The position numbers and the translations under genes were made by a program. The notes under the pieces were generated by a model. That model saw only the letters and a list, made by a program, of their open reading frames with translations. It made no database searches and was not told where the DNA came from. A stretch of 57,772 nt of DNA. It comes from Candidatus Magasanikiibacteriota bacterium (GTDB lineage: Bacteria > Patescibacteriota > Patescibacteriia > Magasanikbacterales > GWA2-37-8). Location of the stretch: NCBI GenBank assembly GCA_017991415.1, contig JAGOQR010000001.1:1-57772 (forward strand). The letters are read 5' to 3'. Below, in pieces: positions 56,788-57,772 of this stretch (position 1 is the stretch's first letter; every line of letters starts with the position of its first letter).

Positions 56788-56893
56788 ATGATAAAAATAA
56801 TTTAATTGTATTGTACTATACTTTGCTTAAATTCGAAATTAGATTTTACAACTGATCATTCCCCTATTTTTCAATAAGAAAATAATTTATTGT

Positions 56894-56931
56894 GTGCGGA
56901 TGTTCTCTCTTCTCTGAGAGAACATCCGCAC
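56894..56931 (-). terminator. perfect 16-bp hairpin downstream of the repeat-protein gene
   Basis: GTGCGGATGTTCTCTC, loop ttctct, GAGAGAACATCCGCAC. It lies 88 nt past the stop at 57019, with a weak U-rich tail on the minus strand. Confidence 0.55.
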
Positions 56932-57018
56932 TGGCCTCATGTCGCTTGCCCTTGATTCACATCAATGGTGTTGCAGACATTTCCGATTTTGATGAGGTTC
57001 GGAAGAACCATGGTCGAC

Positions 57019-57772
57019 CTACAGCGTCGGGTCGTCCGGCAGGTTGTTCTTGCCGTCGAAGCTGCACTTCGTCACCCCGGTGTACTCCTTGAAGGAGAGG
57101 GTGCCGTTGCCACCGTAGTACTCGATGGTGCAGTCGAACGGTTGCGCCGAGATCACCGAGCACGCGCCAGCCTGGGGAACCCAGGCATACGAAGCAGTGA
57201 TCGGTACCGAGCCGAGGTCGGGAGCCGGCTGAACACCGCCCCACCCACCCCAAGCGTTGAGCATGTCGGTCAGCGCGCTCGTGCGGCGAGTCTTGATTCC
57301 ACCGCAGTTGATGGCTCGCTGCTTGCACACACCAGCCGAACAGTAGCCTTGCGTCCAGGTGTAGGACGCGGGGCACTGGCTATCCATGCTGCACATGGCG
57401 GACGGCGAAGCCAGCGTGACGACCTCCGAGTCCGAAGCGGACCCGCTGGTACCCGTGCAGTTCACCGTGAAGGTGTTCTGCCCGACCGTGCTCACCGTGA
57501 CGGTGACCGAGCCGGAGGTACCGACCGAACCCGTGATCCAGTTCGCGGTGCAGCCGTTGACGTTGTTCGTCATCCAGCTGACCGTGACGGGACCGGGAGC
57601 GGAGAGGTTGTTCGTGCTGACCGTGACGTTCACGGACGGCGTGAGCGGCGAAGCCAGCGTGACGACCTCCGAGTCCGAAGCGGACCCGCTGGTACCCGTG
57701 CAGTTCACCGTGAAGGTGTTCTGCCCGACCGTGCTCACCGTGACGGTGACCGAGCCGGAGGTACCGACCGAA
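57019..57772 (-). CDS. high-GC repeat-containing secreted protein, 5'-truncated by the window edge (Ig-like 81-aa modules plus a Cys-rich C-terminal domain)
   Basis: The frame stays open to the window end. The track's 'M' at 57738 is an internal GTG inside a repeat. Modules have the pattern ...GCTANWITGSVGTSGSVTVTVSTVGQNTFTVNCTGTSGSASDSEVVTLASP. The C-terminal domain has 9 Cys. Confidence 0.75.
   Translation of the reverse strand, partial: SVGTSGSVTVTVSTVGQNTFTVNCTGTSGSASDSEVVTLASPLTPSVNVTVSTNNLSAPGPVTVSWMTNNVNGCTANWITGSVGTSGSVTVTVSTVGQNTFTVNCTGTSGSASDSEVVTLASPSAMCSMDSQCPASYTWTQGYCSAGVCKQRAINCGGIKTRRTSALTDMLNAWGGWGGVQPAPDLGSVPITASYAWVPQAGACSVISAQPFDCTIEYYGGNGTLSFKEYTGVTKCSFDGKNNLPDDPTL
57403..57772. 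repeat. tandem coding repeat, period 243 nt
   Basis: 57403-57529 (127 nt) is identical to 57646-57772. The second copy runs off the window. Confidence 0.9.

Noticed and set aside
55064-57376. Alternative-frame and antisense ORFs in island 2 (55064-55726, 55212-55472, 55353-55643, 56148-56684, 56165-56560, 56289-56738, 56892-57092, 56957-57376).
   Set aside because: This is the same GC-rich artefact. Their translations are Arg/Gly/Pro-rich low-complexity sequence. The chosen frames have signal peptides, an RBS (seen for paralog 1) and a consistent domain pattern.

Overview
This is a 57.8-kb window from an AT-rich, tightly packed bacterial genome. Hand counts on sample 60-nt lines give about 38% GC in ordinary genes. 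Most genes lie on the minus strand, often with overlapping stop and start codons.

The content is reduced-genome housekeeping:
- ftsQ-alr-serS, an RdgB-Nudix fusion, lysS and greA
- mreB-mreC-mreD-mrdA
- an AddA/UvrD-type helicase-nuclease and an ABC exporter
- a complete F1Fo ATP synthase operon (atpI-B-E-F-H-A-G-D-C)
- tatD, cvpA, metG, rsmI, a NifS-type desulfurase, tkt, an LtaS-like transferase and hpf
- a plus-strand peptidoglycan-precursor block: murB (divergent), ATP-grasp, NlpC/P60-like, mraY, ATE/Bpt-like transferase, mpl

The style fits an uncultivated small-genome lineage such as Patescibacteria/CPR, but that is inference only. I recognised no rRNA, tRNA, CRISPR array, transposase, integrase or reverse transcriptase by eye.

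The strongest signals are two compositionally foreign islands.
- Island 1 (about 25.06-27.15 kb) sits between the atp operon and tatD. It holds four small plus-strand ORFs at about 50-62% GC. Three have a recognisable sigma70-like promoter and the fourth only a weak candidate. Most are followed by hairpins or a terminator. None carries a motif I can name.
- Island 2 (about 54.95 kb to the window end) holds three minus-strand secreted or lipoprotein genes at about 68% GC, separated by spacers of about 15% GC. Two are tandem paralogs 936 nt apart that share a 383-nt block, identical except for one 6-nt patch. The third contains perfect 243-nt tandem repeats and is cut by the window edge.

Secondary items are a 45-aa, 11-cysteine micro-ORF upstream of the ABC exporter, a LysW-like zinc-ribbon peptide next to a PLP enzyme, and a palindromic intergenic element fused to the tkt stop.

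All functional calls come from motifs read in the supplied translations. No database search was run.
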